Below are positions 1-9,456 of a stretch of DNA of 64,000 bases, piece after piece. A program made the translations under genes and the position numbers. The DNA lies in NCBI GenBank assembly GCA_032161105.1, contig JAVHTD010000009.1. The stretch is one strand, 5' to 3'. Each line of letters starts with the position of its first letter. The first letter of the stretch is position 1. This DNA comes from Candidatus Thermosaccharophagus tengchongensis (GTDB taxonomy: Bacteria; Armatimonadota; Fervidibacteria; Fervidibacterales; Thermosaccharophagaceae). The notes under the pieces were generated by a model, which saw nothing but the letters and a program-made list of their open reading frames with translations, did not search any database and was not told where the DNA came from.

Positions 1-566
1 CCGCGAATTTTGGGCTCAGGCGTCGGCTCGCTTTTCAGCAACCGTTCGGCTTCTCGTAACAAAGGCTCAACGACTTTGTGTCCCTCGCCTTTTGCCCATT
101 CCCGAAGTTGGGGGATTTCTTCGGGGCGGAAAAACAGTCGCGGGTGTCCCTGCGGAATCCGCCTTTTCAGTTCGTCCAAAGTTGGCTGTGGGAAAATCAC
201 GGCATCGGGCGGAACGATGAAACGGCGAACTCTGCTCCAATCAGACATGCTCCCATCCTTGCGGACGACCCTGTAGCGCCAGAAGTAAGTGCCGGGTTTC
301 AAGGGTTCGTGATGGGTGTAAACGCACCAACGAACTTTATCAACGGTGATGGCATCGCTGAAATCGTCCTTCGTTGCCAGTTGGACAATGTATCTGACAG
401 CTTCACGGTCATGAACCCAAGTTAGTGACGGCGGGTTGACAACCACTTCGTTTCCGTCCGGTGGTCTGTAACCCCACTCACTGAAGCGAGGCTCTCGGTC
501 TGGCATGGCAGCTAACGCTGTGCCGATAAGGAGCATCCCCATTAGCGCTGTCGCAAGCATGCCCAT
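1..566 (-). CDS. Secreted DUF4962/heparinase II-III-like polysaccharide lyase, 5' part (runs off window edge; absent from ORF track)
   Basis: Manual minus-strand translation from ATG at 566 (GAGGGG RBS upstream) is open to the window edge: MGMLATALMGMLLIGTALAA signal peptide, then NPPSLTW, PGTYFWRYR, WSRVRRFIVP and GHPRLFF, typical of DUF4962 N-terminal domains. Confidence 0.7.
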   Translation of the reverse strand, partial: MGMLATALMGMLLIGTALAAMPDREPRFSEWGYRPPDGNEVVVNPPSLTWVHDREAVRYIVQLATKDDFSDAITVDKVRWCVYTHHEPLKPGTYFWRYRVVRKDGSMSDWSRVRRFIVPPDAVIFPQPTLDELKRRIPQGHPRLFFRPEEIPQLREWAKGEGHKVVEPLLREAERLLKSEPTPEPKIR

Positions 567-696
567 TGCCACCCCTCGGATTCAAAATGGTTGCCACCAA
601 AGTGGCTCCTGTTATGCTGTTCAGTTACTTGGACACAGGTTTGCAGTTTGTGGGAGCATGAGACGACACACACGCAAAACAACACTCGTGCCACCT

Positions 697-1350
697 CTAC
701 GGCTTTTCCATCAACGCAATGATGACATCATGCGGCATTGGCAGCTTGCTTTTGACCTTTACCGTCTTCAACTCAAGCACACGGAAGCGCCTGCTAAATA
801 ACTCACGCAGTTCTTCCTCGGATGAGAAATAGAGCACAGTGCCAAGCGGCGTCGTCCTGTATTTTCCAATGCCACCAAAGTGCACATTCGTTTCACCAAA
901 GCATGCGGAAAGATACTTGCCGCCGCTGCGCAAAAGCGCATCCACATTTGCGATGTATCGCTCACGATGCTCTGGGTAAATGTGATGGAGCAAATACCAA
1001 TCGTAGGCGAACTCAAAAGTCTCACCGATGATGCTCGTCAAGTTTGAGAGCACATCCGCAACAACGAACTTGCAACGCTCTGCGACACCAGCCATGAGTG
1101 CGTTCTCCATTGCGCGCTTGATTGCCGACTGCGAAATGTCAACGCCAGTGACATCAAAGCCGAGCTTCGCAAGGTAAATTGCGTGTAACCCAATGCCGCA
1201 GCCGAGGTCTATCGCCTTACACGGCTTAACAACACCTGACTCAATAAACTCAACGAACTCCTTGGGCAACTCTTCACTCACCCAAGGGATTTCACTTGGA
1301 TGAAGCGTTGAGTAAATGCGCTCAAGCTTCTCATGTTCACCAATGCCCAT
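697..1350 (-). CDS. Class I SAM-dependent methyltransferase (TPMT/Methyltransf_25-like)
   Basis: [11 protein letters not shown] motif, VTGVDIS, N-terminal IPW motif. Confidence 0.85.
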   Translation of the reverse strand: MGIGEHEKLERIYSTLHPSEIPWVSEELPKEFVEFIESGVVKPCKAIDLGCGIGLHAIYLAKLGFDVTGVDISQSAIKRAMENALMAGVAERCKFVVADVLSNLTSIIGETFEFAYDWYLLHHIYPEHRERYIANVDALLRSGGKYLSACFGETNVHFGGIGKYRTTPLGTVLYFSSEEELRELFSRRFRVLELKTVKVKSKLPMPHDVIIALMEKP

Positions 1351-1457
1351 GCAGCTTCACCGCCTTGTTTATCACTCCCGCTATTGGCGCTGAGTCATTA
1401 CCCATCTGCATGAGCGATAATTGAATTTGGACCGCATGAGACACCAGACAAATTGGG

Positions 1458-2318
1458 GTGGGCGCCATGCACCGCACAGCCTCAGTTATGACTTTAATGC
1501 TCGTCATAACTGTGTGCCTATTGGACTGCCCTGAGGCTCAACCGCCAGTTCAGCAATTAAAGCCACCCCCAGAAAAAAATTACGCTGACATAAGCAGAGA
1601 AATTGAAGTGCTCATGTTCATCAGGCGCTGGGGATTTAGCAGGGAGCAACTTGAGTTAATTCGCAAGCTCGTGACAAAGCTCCGTCAGGCTGAGAGTGAA
1701 CTTGAGAGGGCTCGCAACTCACCAGAGTTGCTTGAGCTCCTTTGGCAAGCACGCATGGCAATGCTCCGCGGCGATGATGCAACACCGTGGCTTGAGAAGG
1801 CAGAGCAACTGAGGAGCAAGCTGGTAGGCGCGCTTGAAGAAGCATTTTGGGAATTGCACGAACGGACATTGAACGAGCTGCGCAAGGTGTTGAGCGATGA
1901 GCAGGCATCAAAGATGTCAATTGAGGGGACTGTGTGGGCGAGGTTGATTGAAATCGCAGACGAGTTCGTTAAGGTGGCTAAGGCTGAAGAGGATGAGTGG
2001 GTGATCTGGAGAACATCAGTCGCCAACGAGTTGAGGGACGCCGCGAGGGAGCACAATCCGAATGCGCCAAAGAATGTGGCTGACCAAATCACCCTTTTGC
2101 TCATCAAGCTCAAGCAGCTCGCAATTGAGCAACCGAAACAAGCGCGGGCAGACTTGTACAAGCGTTTGTTGGACATCGTCCTGCCACAGGAAAAGCAAGC
2201 CGGTCCGACAAAGGACGAAGCTGAGGGACGCATCAGGGAGCTTTTGAGTGATGGATTGCTTTCCAACCTTAAGGCTACAGAAGCCGTCCTTAACGATTTG
2301 CTCCCAACAAAGCCTTAA
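1458..2318 (+). CDS. Secreted helical protein, Spy/CpxP-like
   Basis: Signal peptide; two LTxxQ-like motifs (FSREQ, LSDEQ); all-helical charged composition. Confidence 0.5.
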   Translation: MGAMHRTASVMTLMLVITVCLLDCPEAQPPVQQLKPPPEKNYADISREIEVLMFIRRWGFSREQLELIRKLVTKLRQAESELERARNSPELLELLWQARMAMLRGDDATPWLEKAEQLRSKLVGALEEAFWELHERTLNELRKVLSDEQASKMSIEGTVWARLIEIADEFVKVAKAEEDEWVIWRTSVANELRDAAREHNPNAPKNVADQITLLLIKLKQLAIEQPKQARADLYKRLLDIVLPQEKQAGPTKDEAEGRIRELLSDGLLSNLKATEAVLNDLLPTKP

Positions 2319-2365
2319 CCAGAACATGCCGATAAGCTGTTAGCATGGCGAGGTGAGAGATGCGC

Positions 2366-3367
2366 TCATGATTTGAATTCGCTCAGCTTGACACTGCGAT
2401 TCTGCAGCGCTGATGTGTAAATGGCTGTAAGCAACTCAAGTGAGCGCCTCCCCTCCTTACCATCAACAGCCACTTTAGTCCCGTGAAGGAGCGCCGAAAC
2501 AACATCCTCAATGACATTCTTCACCCTTGGTTGCACATCCGGCGGCTTGAGCGTTGCATCCCTGAAGAACCATTTCTCAACATCGCCCACGAAGACATGC
2601 GCTATGACTCCGCCATCTGTGCCATGAATCTCAATGCCAGAATATGCATCCTGCGGGAATGTGGTCGTCCCAACGACCATCCCAACTGCACCGTTTTTGA
2701 ACTTGAGCATTGCAATGCCCAAGTCCTCTGTCTCAATCTCGTGTGCGTATACGCCTATGTGCGCTGCTTGCACCTCGTCAACATCTCCGACGAGCCAAAG
2801 GAGCAAGTCAATGAGATGGATGGTTTGATTTGATAATGAGCCACCGCCGTCATACTTCCAAGTGCCTCGCCAACCGCTTGCCGAGTAGTATTCCTGTGAG
2901 CGATACCACTTGAGGCGCGCCTCAGCGAGGATGGGCCTTCCAAACATACCCTCTTCAACTGCACGCTTTATGCGCACCATCGTCGGGTAGTAGCGCGCCT
3001 CAAAATCAACGGCAAGCAGCTTGCCGTTAGCCTCGGCAGCTTTTATAATCATGTCAGCGCGCTCAAGCGTCACTTCCATCGGCTTCGTGACTATCACATG
3101 CTTTCCGGCATTCAATGCATCCACCGCCACCTCAGCATGCATCCCAGAGGGCGTCATCACCATGACGACATCAATGTCATCACGGTCAAGCAGCTTGCGG
3201 TAGTCAGTTGTGGCATCACATGAAAGCTCGCTCGCAACTGCCATCGCTCTGTCTTCCCGTATGTCTGCGACCGCAACAAGCCTTGCACCATTCGTATTGG
3301 CAATCGTTCTCGCTCGGACTGCTCCCATGCCAAGCCCGACTACGGCAAAGCCGATCTCGCTCACCAA
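2366..3367 (-). CDS. Gfo/Idh/MocA family oxidoreductase
   Basis: VVGLGMG Rossmann motif, GKHVIVTKPM, WRGTWKYDGGGSL..QTIHLID. Confidence 0.9.
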   Translation of the reverse strand: MVSEIGFAVVGLGMGAVRARTIANTNGARLVAVADIREDRAMAVASELSCDATTDYRKLLDRDDIDVVMVMTPSGMHAEVAVDALNAGKHVIVTKPMEVTLERADMIIKAAEANGKLLAVDFEARYYPTMVRIKRAVEEGMFGRPILAEARLKWYRSQEYYSASGWRGTWKYDGGGSLSNQTIHLIDLLLWLVGDVDEVQAAHIGVYAHEIETEDLGIAMLKFKNGAVGMVVGTTTFPQDAYSGIEIHGTDGGVIAHVFVGDVEKWFFRDATLKPPDVQPRVKNVIEDVVSALLHGTKVAVDGKEGRRSLELLTAIYTSALQNRSVKLSEFKS

Positions 3368-3397
3368 TGCCCCACCTCACTCGCATCCATTACGCAC

Positions 3398-3589
3398 TCA
3401 CACCACCTTTTGCACTTTGCCAGCCTTCAAGCACGACGAGCACACTCGCACCTTGCGCACCTTGCCATTTATCTTCGCCTTGACCTTGATCAGGTTTGGG
3501 AGCAGCTTGACTTTCGTATGCCTGTTTGAGTGGCTAACTCGGTATGACATCATCGGACCCTTCCCGCATATTTCACACCTGCGCGCCAT
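3398..3589 (-). CDS. rpmB: 50S ribosomal protein L28 (Zn-ribbon form)
   Basis: MARRCEICGKGP..VSHSNRHTK..PNL..VCSSCLK. Confidence 0.97.
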   Translation of the reverse strand: MARRCEICGKGPMMSYRVSHSNRHTKVKLLPNLIKVKAKINGKVRKVRVCSSCLKAGKVQKVV

Positions 3590-3668
3590 AACAGATCATC
3601 CCCCTTCATTGGCGAATGGTTGTGTCGGATTTAGTGGAGCCACCGTTTGCGAGAAGCCCGCCAAAGCA

Positions 3669-4055
3669 TCAAACCAGATGGCGCACGCAAGCTGGCAATT
3701 CGCCTTTTGACATGTGTGAGCGCATGCACAGGCAACACACCCCGCGAATCTCGCATGGCTCATATGTGCATGCGCATGTCTTCAAGTTTTCCTCCTTGCG
3801 TGGGCACTCCACAACATCGTATGAGATGCTTGGCATCATCGGTCTGAACCCGCTCTTGTATAGCTCAACGAAGCGCCTTTGTGACCTATTGTAAGTTCGC
3901 TCCACCTCCTCGGAGAAGAAGCACCCCGGAACCTCGCCATGAGACAAGTGGTAGCCAAGGCAAAGGCAACAGTTGCCCTTCCTTGAGCACGGCTCATAGC
4001 TGCAGATGCAAGTTGCCAAATTGTCCTTTGAGCGCTTGCAATCAACCATCGGCAT
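3669..4055 (-). CDS. Cys-rich protein with two DUF6485-like units
   Basis: Two copies of C-x(5)-NL-x-TC-x-C-[ST]YEPC-x(3)-G-x-CCLC-x(3)-H-x(3)-GE-x-P-x-C. Confidence 0.7.
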   Translation of the reverse strand: MPMVDCKRSKDNLATCICSYEPCSRKGNCCLCLGYHLSHGEVPGCFFSEEVERTYNRSQRRFVELYKSGFRPMMPSISYDVVECPRKEENLKTCACTYEPCEIRGVCCLCMRSHMSKGELPACVRHLV

Positions 4056-4301
4056 TGCTCCCTTACCCCCTTACCACTCTGTCATGCATAGCCTCCATCA
4101 CATTCAAACCTCCTTAAATGATGCCACGCCACCATGCAGTGCGTCATTGTGGCTCATATTTGCCGCCCGTGAACTCATTCGCCGCGCGCGATTGTTGGCA
4201 TAACTGCTTGGCTTACAGCCAAGGCATGCATGTGGCATTATTGCAATAGCCGTTGCTCTCTTACAGCGGTTAATTGCTCGTGTGAGTGATGGTGAGCAGT
4301 C

Positions 4302-5462
4302 ATGCCAAATGTGGGCGACATAGCAAGTATGCCACCGATGCTATCACCTGATGACCCTATAGGCAAAGCTGCGGAATTGCTTCGCCGCTCAACCCACGAT
4401 GCATTGCCCGTTGTTGATGCCGGCTGCGTCATCGGATTGGTCGTAGAGGGTGATGTCTTCATGGCTGCTCACCGAGCTGATGGCGTAACCCAGATGGATG
4501 ACCCAATGGCAATGCGCGTGCGCGAAATCATGCGAATGCATGTCCCAGCGATACAATCCGACGCAACCATAAAAGATGCAGCGGCATATTTCGCATTGAC
4601 AGACCTGCCAGCTTTGCCGGTAGTTGATGGTGACGGCAGATTGCGCGGCTTGATATCCCGCTCCGACATAGCCAGCGCACTTTGTGCCGCATTGCGCCCG
4701 AGCAGGGTTGCGGGCATGTCAACGCCGCTTGGAGTTTACTTAACCTGCGGAACGCACAGGGGCGGCGTCGGCGACATCGGGTTGCTATTAACCGGCGCCA
4801 CAATGGGTGCGTTGCTCATACTCTCTCAGGCACTCGTCAAACTCATCCTGCACATCGTTGACATAGCCATGAACTCAAACCTGCTCTCAATCTACCTTGA
4901 CGCCGATTGGCTGGTTGTATCGGAGAAGTTCCCGATAACCATCGGTGCCCTCGGATTGATGTTGCAAATAGCCATCTTCTTTGTCATGATGCGCTTCTTG
5001 CCGTTGTCCGGATGGCATGGCGCTGAGCATAAAGTTGTGCACGCAATTGAGAGCGGTGAGATGCTAATACCCGAAAGGGTGGCAAACATGCCGAGGGTGC
5101 ACCCGAGGTGTGGGACGAACTTGGTTGTGATGTTCCTGTTGCTTTTGAGCATATATGTTGCGCGCCCAAACGCACTTGTGACGATACTGTTGATTGGCAT
5201 TGTGCTTCTCACATGGCGTAGGTTGGGCATGTTTCTTCAGGCTGTGTTCACAACGAAAGACCCAACCGGAAAGCAACTTGAAGGGGCTTTGAAGGCTGGG
5301 CGTGAGTTGGTGATGCGTTATTACCAGAAGCCCAACATACGCCCGCACTTCATCAAGGTGGTCTGGAACACCGGCTTGGTGCAAGCGCTGGTTGGCTTCG
5401 CAGCCGTCCAAGGATTGTGTTGGCTATATGGACTGGCTATACAGGCGTTGGTGGCGAGGTGA
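4302..5462 (+). CDS. CBS-pair plus DUF1385 membrane protein
   Basis: Two CBS motifs (LPVVDAG, LPVVDGDGRLRGLI), then HGAEHKVVHAIE and RVHPRCGTN DUF1385 motifs with TM helices. Confidence 0.85.
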   Translation: MPNVGDIASMPPMLSPDDPIGKAAELLRRSTHDALPVVDAGCVIGLVVEGDVFMAAHRADGVTQMDDPMAMRVREIMRMHVPAIQSDATIKDAAAYFALTDLPALPVVDGDGRLRGLISRSDIASALCAALRPSRVAGMSTPLGVYLTCGTHRGGVGDIGLLLTGATMGALLILSQALVKLILHIVDIAMNSNLLSIYLDADWLVVSEKFPITIGALGLMLQIAIFFVMMRFLPLSGWHGAEHKVVHAIESGEMLIPERVANMPRVHPRCGTNLVVMFLLLLSIYVARPNALVTILLIGIVLLTWRRLGMFLQAVFTTKDPTGKQLEGALKAGRELVMRYYQKPNIRPHFIKVVWNTGLVQALVGFAAVQGLCWLYGLAIQALVAR

Positions 5463-5542
5463 ATGCTCATCTGGCGGATCAATGCCGCCCCTCGCAACTG
5501 GGGATGGTGTCACCAGCGCACATTAGATTGAAGGTGAGCGGG

Positions 5543-5812
5543 ATGAAGTGGGTTGAGGTCATTGAGACGCTGGTCATCTTCGTTGCCATCGGCTCAATAT
5601 GGCTCCTCACGCTCGGCTACATATCGCCGCTCACAATTGGCTTTTGCGTCGCCGTCATTGCGGGGCTGTGAGTCATCGCTGTGAGGCGCTGGAAGCGCTT
5701 CAAAGCCGCATTGGAAGAGGAGCGCAAGCGCATTGAGATGATGACAGGTTTTTATAACCATCAAACACCACAACGATATGAGCGCACCGGAGATGACGGC
5801 GATAACTTGTGA
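5543..5812 (+). CDS. Small two-TM membrane protein with in-frame TGA at 5669-5671 (Sec readthrough, nonsense allele or sequence error)
   Basis: ATG 5543 after GGTGAG; MKWVEVIETLVIF...VIAGL*VIAVRRWKRFKAALEEERK...DNL*; the hydrophobic helix continues across the TGA into a positive-inside tail. Confidence 0.55.
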
Positions 5813-5859
5813 CCCGCTTTGCCAACGGATGACATAGCACTCTACTGCGAGCCGAGCTT

Positions 5860-6828
5860 CTACTCCACTTTGCGCATCCACTCCCAATGCGCCAGAAACC
5901 ACTCAACGAACCTCTTTATGCCCTCCTCAATTTGCACCTTCGGTTTGTAGTTGAGCAACCGTTGCGCCTTCGTAATGTCGGCATGCGTCATTGGCGGGTC
6001 ACATGGCGGCATCGGTTGGAAGTCAAGCACTGCCTTGCGACCAATGGACTCCTCAAGCAGCTTTACGACATCCATCAGCACAACTGGATGCCCACAGCCC
6101 AAGTTGATGATTTCAAACTGGAAAACATTCTCAAGGCTCGCCATGACGCCATCAACGATGTCATCAACATAGGTGTAGTCGCGCAGCGAGGTTCCATCGC
6201 CGTATATCGGCAATGGCTGACCGAGCATTATCCGCCTCGCAAACTTGTGTATGACTAAGTCGGGACGCTGCCTCGGTCCGTAGACGGTGAAGAAGCGAAG
6301 CGATGTAATCGGGATGCCATAAAGGTGGTGGTAGGTGTAGCAAAGTATTTCACCCATGCGCTTCGTTGCGCCATAAGGTGATATAGGCTCAACAGCTGGG
6401 TCGTCCTCCCTAAACGGAGCCTTTGATAATGCGCCATACACCGACGATGAAGAACCAAAGATAAATTGCTCAATCCCAAATTGACGGCAAAGCTCAAGCA
6501 GCACCCAAGTCCCAGTTATGTTGACCGAGTTATAATCAAGCGGACGCTCAAGCGATGGGACTACGCCAGCCAATGCTGCCAAGTGCACAACCTTGCTCGG
6601 ACGATAGCGCTCAAACACAGCCTTCATTGAAGCCATGTCACGGATGTCAGCCTCAATGAGGTGAAAGCGCTCATCGGTGAGCAAGTGCGCTATGTTCTGG
6701 CGCTTCATTTCCGGACTGTAGAAGTCGTCAAAGTTGTCAACGCACACGACATCGTAACCGTTAGTTAGCAACCGCTCAACGAGGTGCGAACCGATGAAGC
6801 CAGCACCGCCAGTGACCAAAATGCTCAT
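5860..6828 (-). CDS. NAD-dependent nucleotide-sugar epimerase (UDP-glucuronate 4-epimerase-like)
   Basis: TGGAGFIG, SSSSVYG, YGATK, LRFFTVYGPRQRPD. Confidence 0.9.
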   Translation of the reverse strand: MSILVTGGAGFIGSHLVERLLTNGYDVVCVDNFDDFYSPEMKRQNIAHLLTDERFHLIEADIRDMASMKAVFERYRPSKVVHLAALAGVVPSLERPLDYNSVNITGTWVLLELCRQFGIEQFIFGSSSSVYGALSKAPFREDDPAVEPISPYGATKRMGEILCYTYHHLYGIPITSLRFFTVYGPRQRPDLVIHKFARRIMLGQPLPIYGDGTSLRDYTYVDDIVDGVMASLENVFQFEIINLGCGHPVVLMDVVKLLEESIGRKAVLDFQPMPPCDPPMTHADITKAQRLLNYKPKVQIEEGIKRFVEWFLAHWEWMRKVE

Positions 6829-6929
6829 CCACTATCGCTCCTTTCAACTCCCATCCTTCTCAACTTCACACGCTGCAGCGCAATCTCAATGCGCATCACA
6901 TTATAACGCTTTGCGCTTTTATGGGTTCA

Positions 6930-7151
6930 CTTTCAATCCCACTACGGTGCGATTGCAACCTGTGGGTGGAGGAGGCGGAGGGAACTCGTGACAGGTAGCT
7001 TTCAATCCCACTATGGTGCGATTGCAACATCGTAGCGCATGAAGCAGTCAAGTGCTAATTGCCAAGTCGGTGAGATTGACGGGCTATTCCATCTTCGCCT
7101 TTCAAATGACTTCAATCACCGCATCCAATCACGCTATAGTGCGATTGCGAC
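6930..7151 (-). CRISPR. Orphan CRISPR mini-array: two 30-bp repeats, one 39-bp spacer, one degenerate repeat
   Basis: CTTTCAATCCCACTA(C/T)GGTGCGATTGCAAC at 6930-6959 and 6999-7028 (1 mismatch); 24/30 copy at 7122-7151; the reverse complement ends in the canonical ATTGAAAG handle. Confidence 0.8.
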
Positions 7152-7152
7152 T

Positions 7153-8124
7153 TTACATCAGCACATTCAACTTGCGCAGCACAACGGAGGCAGTGGCGAC
7201 ATCTTGAATTGCCAACCCAGTAGAACTGAAGACTGTCACCTCGTCATTGCTCGTGCGCCCTTGCAACTTGCCCACAAGAACATCTCCTATCTCCCCTGCA
7301 ATTTCATCCCTGCCTATTAAGCCCTCTCGGAGCGGCACATTCACCTCGCCAGATTCAATCCCCTGTGCCCAATCATCAAGGAACACTTTTGCTCGCTTTA
7401 ACAGTGCTGGGTCTAACTCCTGCTTTCCGGGTGCATCAGCGCCGATTGCGTTTATGTGTGTGCCATCCTTCACCCAACCATCCATCACAATTGGCGAGCG
7501 CGACGGTGTAGCAGTCACGATAATGTCAACCTCGCATACGGCATCATGCGGGTCATCGTGCACGAAATACTTGGCGCACACCTTTTCACGCATCTCCTCA
7601 ACGAGCGAATGTGCGAGCTCCATATCAAGGCTCCAAACATGGACTTCTTCTATATCCATGACCTCGTTCAATGCGAGCAGTTGATATCGTGCTTGAACGC
7701 CAGCGCCGATCAACCCAACCTTCGCCGCATCACTGCGCGCCAACAACTTGGCTGCAATGGCACCAGCACCTGCGGTGCGCATTGCTGTCAAATGCGTTGC
7801 CTCAATTACAGCCAGCGGGAAGCCAGTCTCAGGTTCAACGACGACAAGGATAGCCATCACCGTTGGCAACCCAAGCGCCCTGTTAGCCGGATGCGAGTTG
7901 ACGACTTTGACACCGGCGAGCCCTATGTCCCTCAAATACGCCGGCATTGCCCGTATATCCCCATTCGGGAGCGGCACGATGAGCTTTGGTGGCATGACGG
8001 CATTGCCGAGGGCTTTCTCACGGAAAGCCAACTTGGCAGCTTCAATTGCATCTTGCATTGTGAGCAGCTCACGAACTTGCTCCTCCGTCACATAGATCGT
8101 CTTTCGCTCCGCCGACCCATGCAT
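7153..8124 (-). CDS. Ornithine cyclodeaminase/mu-crystallin family (archaeal-type alanine dehydrogenase-like)
   Basis: MPPK, RAMPAY, GVKVVNSHP, TAMRT, IGAGVQA, HINAIGADAPGKQELD, FSSTGLAIQD. Confidence 0.88.
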   Translation of the reverse strand: MHGSAERKTIYVTEEQVRELLTMQDAIEAAKLAFREKALGNAVMPPKLIVPLPNGDIRAMPAYLRDIGLAGVKVVNSHPANRALGLPTVMAILVVVEPETGFPLAVIEATHLTAMRTAGAGAIAAKLLARSDAAKVGLIGAGVQARYQLLALNEVMDIEEVHVWSLDMELAHSLVEEMREKVCAKYFVHDDPHDAVCEVDIIVTATPSRSPIVMDGWVKDGTHINAIGADAPGKQELDPALLKRAKVFLDDWAQGIESGEVNVPLREGLIGRDEIAGEIGDVLVGKLQGRTSNDEVTVFSSTGLAIQDVATASVVLRKLNVLM

Positions 8125-8131
8125 GGCTCCC

Positions 8132-9019
8132 TCACCCCAACCGCTCGAGGAGAAAACTCGCAAATGCCCTCAGGGGCTCCGCACGCTCATCAAATTGCCT
8201 CAGTTGCATCAATGCGCATTTAACAGCCTCATTTACAAGATGCCTTGCACCATCAACCCCGAGCACCATAACCGCATTCGGCTCCCACTTGCCCTTCTTT
8301 GGCTCGCCCGCCGCATCAATCAAATCATCAGCAACCTGAAATGCAAAGCCAATCCATTCCCCATACTCCCTTAATGCCTTACGCTGCCACTTAAAAGCCC
8401 CGCCAATTATTGCGCCAACCTCAACTGATGCGGCTATCAGCGCCCCCGTCTTGCGGCGATGTATGTCGTAAAGCTCAAGCTCGTGCAACTGCTCCCCAGC
8501 GGATAATCGCTCCTGAGCTTCAATGTCCTTCGCCTGTCCACCAACCATTCCGAGGTGACCAGCTGCTTTGGCTATCACCCTGATAACTTCCATAGCCACA
8601 TCTGTTGGAACGCCGGCTTTAATTTGCTCGTCAGCCAAGACCTCAAATGCGAGTGTCAGGAGTGCATCGCCACAAAGCAGCGCCATTGCCTCGCCGAAGG
8701 CTCTGTGACATGCGGGTTGACCTCGCCTATAGTCGTCGTTGTCCAAGCATGGCATGTCATCGTGGACGAGCGAATAGCTGTGGATGAGCTCAATCGCGCA
8801 CGCCGCCGGCAGGGCGAGCCTGTCATCACCGCCGACTGCATAGCACGCATCCAATGTGAGAATTGGTCGGATGCGCTTCCCGCCATCAATGACGGCATAG
8901 CGCATGGCTTCATGGAGGCGTCCCAATGGCTCATCAAATGTTGAGAGCAACCTTTCCAGTGCCTCGTCAATCACAGCCTTTCGGTTGCGTAAGTGCTCAT
9001 CAAAGTCAAATCCGTTCAT
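8132..9019 (-). CDS. ispA: Geranyltranstransferase / polyprenyl diphosphate synthase
   Basis: GGKRIRP, SLVHDDMPCLDNDDYRRG, GGQ, KTGAL, FQVADD. Confidence 0.92.
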   Translation of the reverse strand: MNGFDFDEHLRNRKAVIDEALERLLSTFDEPLGRLHEAMRYAVIDGGKRIRPILTLDACYAVGGDDRLALPAACAIELIHSYSLVHDDMPCLDNDDYRRGQPACHRAFGEAMALLCGDALLTLAFEVLADEQIKAGVPTDVAMEVIRVIAKAAGHLGMVGGQAKDIEAQERLSAGEQLHELELYDIHRRKTGALIAASVEVGAIIGGAFKWQRKALREYGEWIGFAFQVADDLIDAAGEPKKGKWEPNAVMVLGVDGARHLVNEAVKCALMQLRQFDERAEPLRAFASFLLERLG

Positions 9020-9084
9020 TCACACCACGCACCCTTTGATGGGCGCATTTGACACCAGCCCACATTGCTCCAATTTGCCGCCGC

Positions 9085-9450
9085 TTAAAATGGCAATCCT
9101 TCATCCGTGGAAGGGGCACCACTCATCTCATCCGATGTCATCTTTGAGGCGCCCTCTTGGGCATTCTCTTCCGAGACATCAAAGTCACGCAATTCAATTC
9201 GCCCGTTTGGCGTCCTGATGACCATCTGCAAGCGCCTCTCAACCCACTCCAACTTGTGCTCGCAGAACTTGGCAAGCTTAACGCCGCGCTCAAAAAGCCT
9301 TAGCGCTTCCTCAAGCGATGATTTGCCCTCCTCAAGCTTCCTCACAATTTCCTCAAGCTCACTCACAGCTTGTTCAAATGTCATCGTTGAAAGCTCATCA
9401 TCCATTGGTGGTTGTTCGGGCGAGTTTCCACGCTGTCCGACTGCGCTCAC
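9085..9450 (-). CDS. xseB: Exodeoxyribonuclease VII small subunit
   Basis: TFEQAVSELEEIVRKLE..SLEEALRLFERG; lies between xseA and ispA. Confidence 0.93.
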   Translation of the reverse strand: MSAVGQRGNSPEQPPMDDELSTMTFEQAVSELEEIVRKLEEGKSSLEEALRLFERGVKLAKFCEHKLEWVERRLQMVIRTPNGRIELRDFDVSEENAQEGASKMTSDEMSGAPSTDEGLPF

Positions 9451-9456
9451 ATCAGC

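Noticed and set aside
6909..6991. Gly-run ORF end (VGGGGGGNS*) crossing the CRISPR repeat
   Set aside because: Part of a shadow ORF reading through repeat and spacer; not a supported gene here
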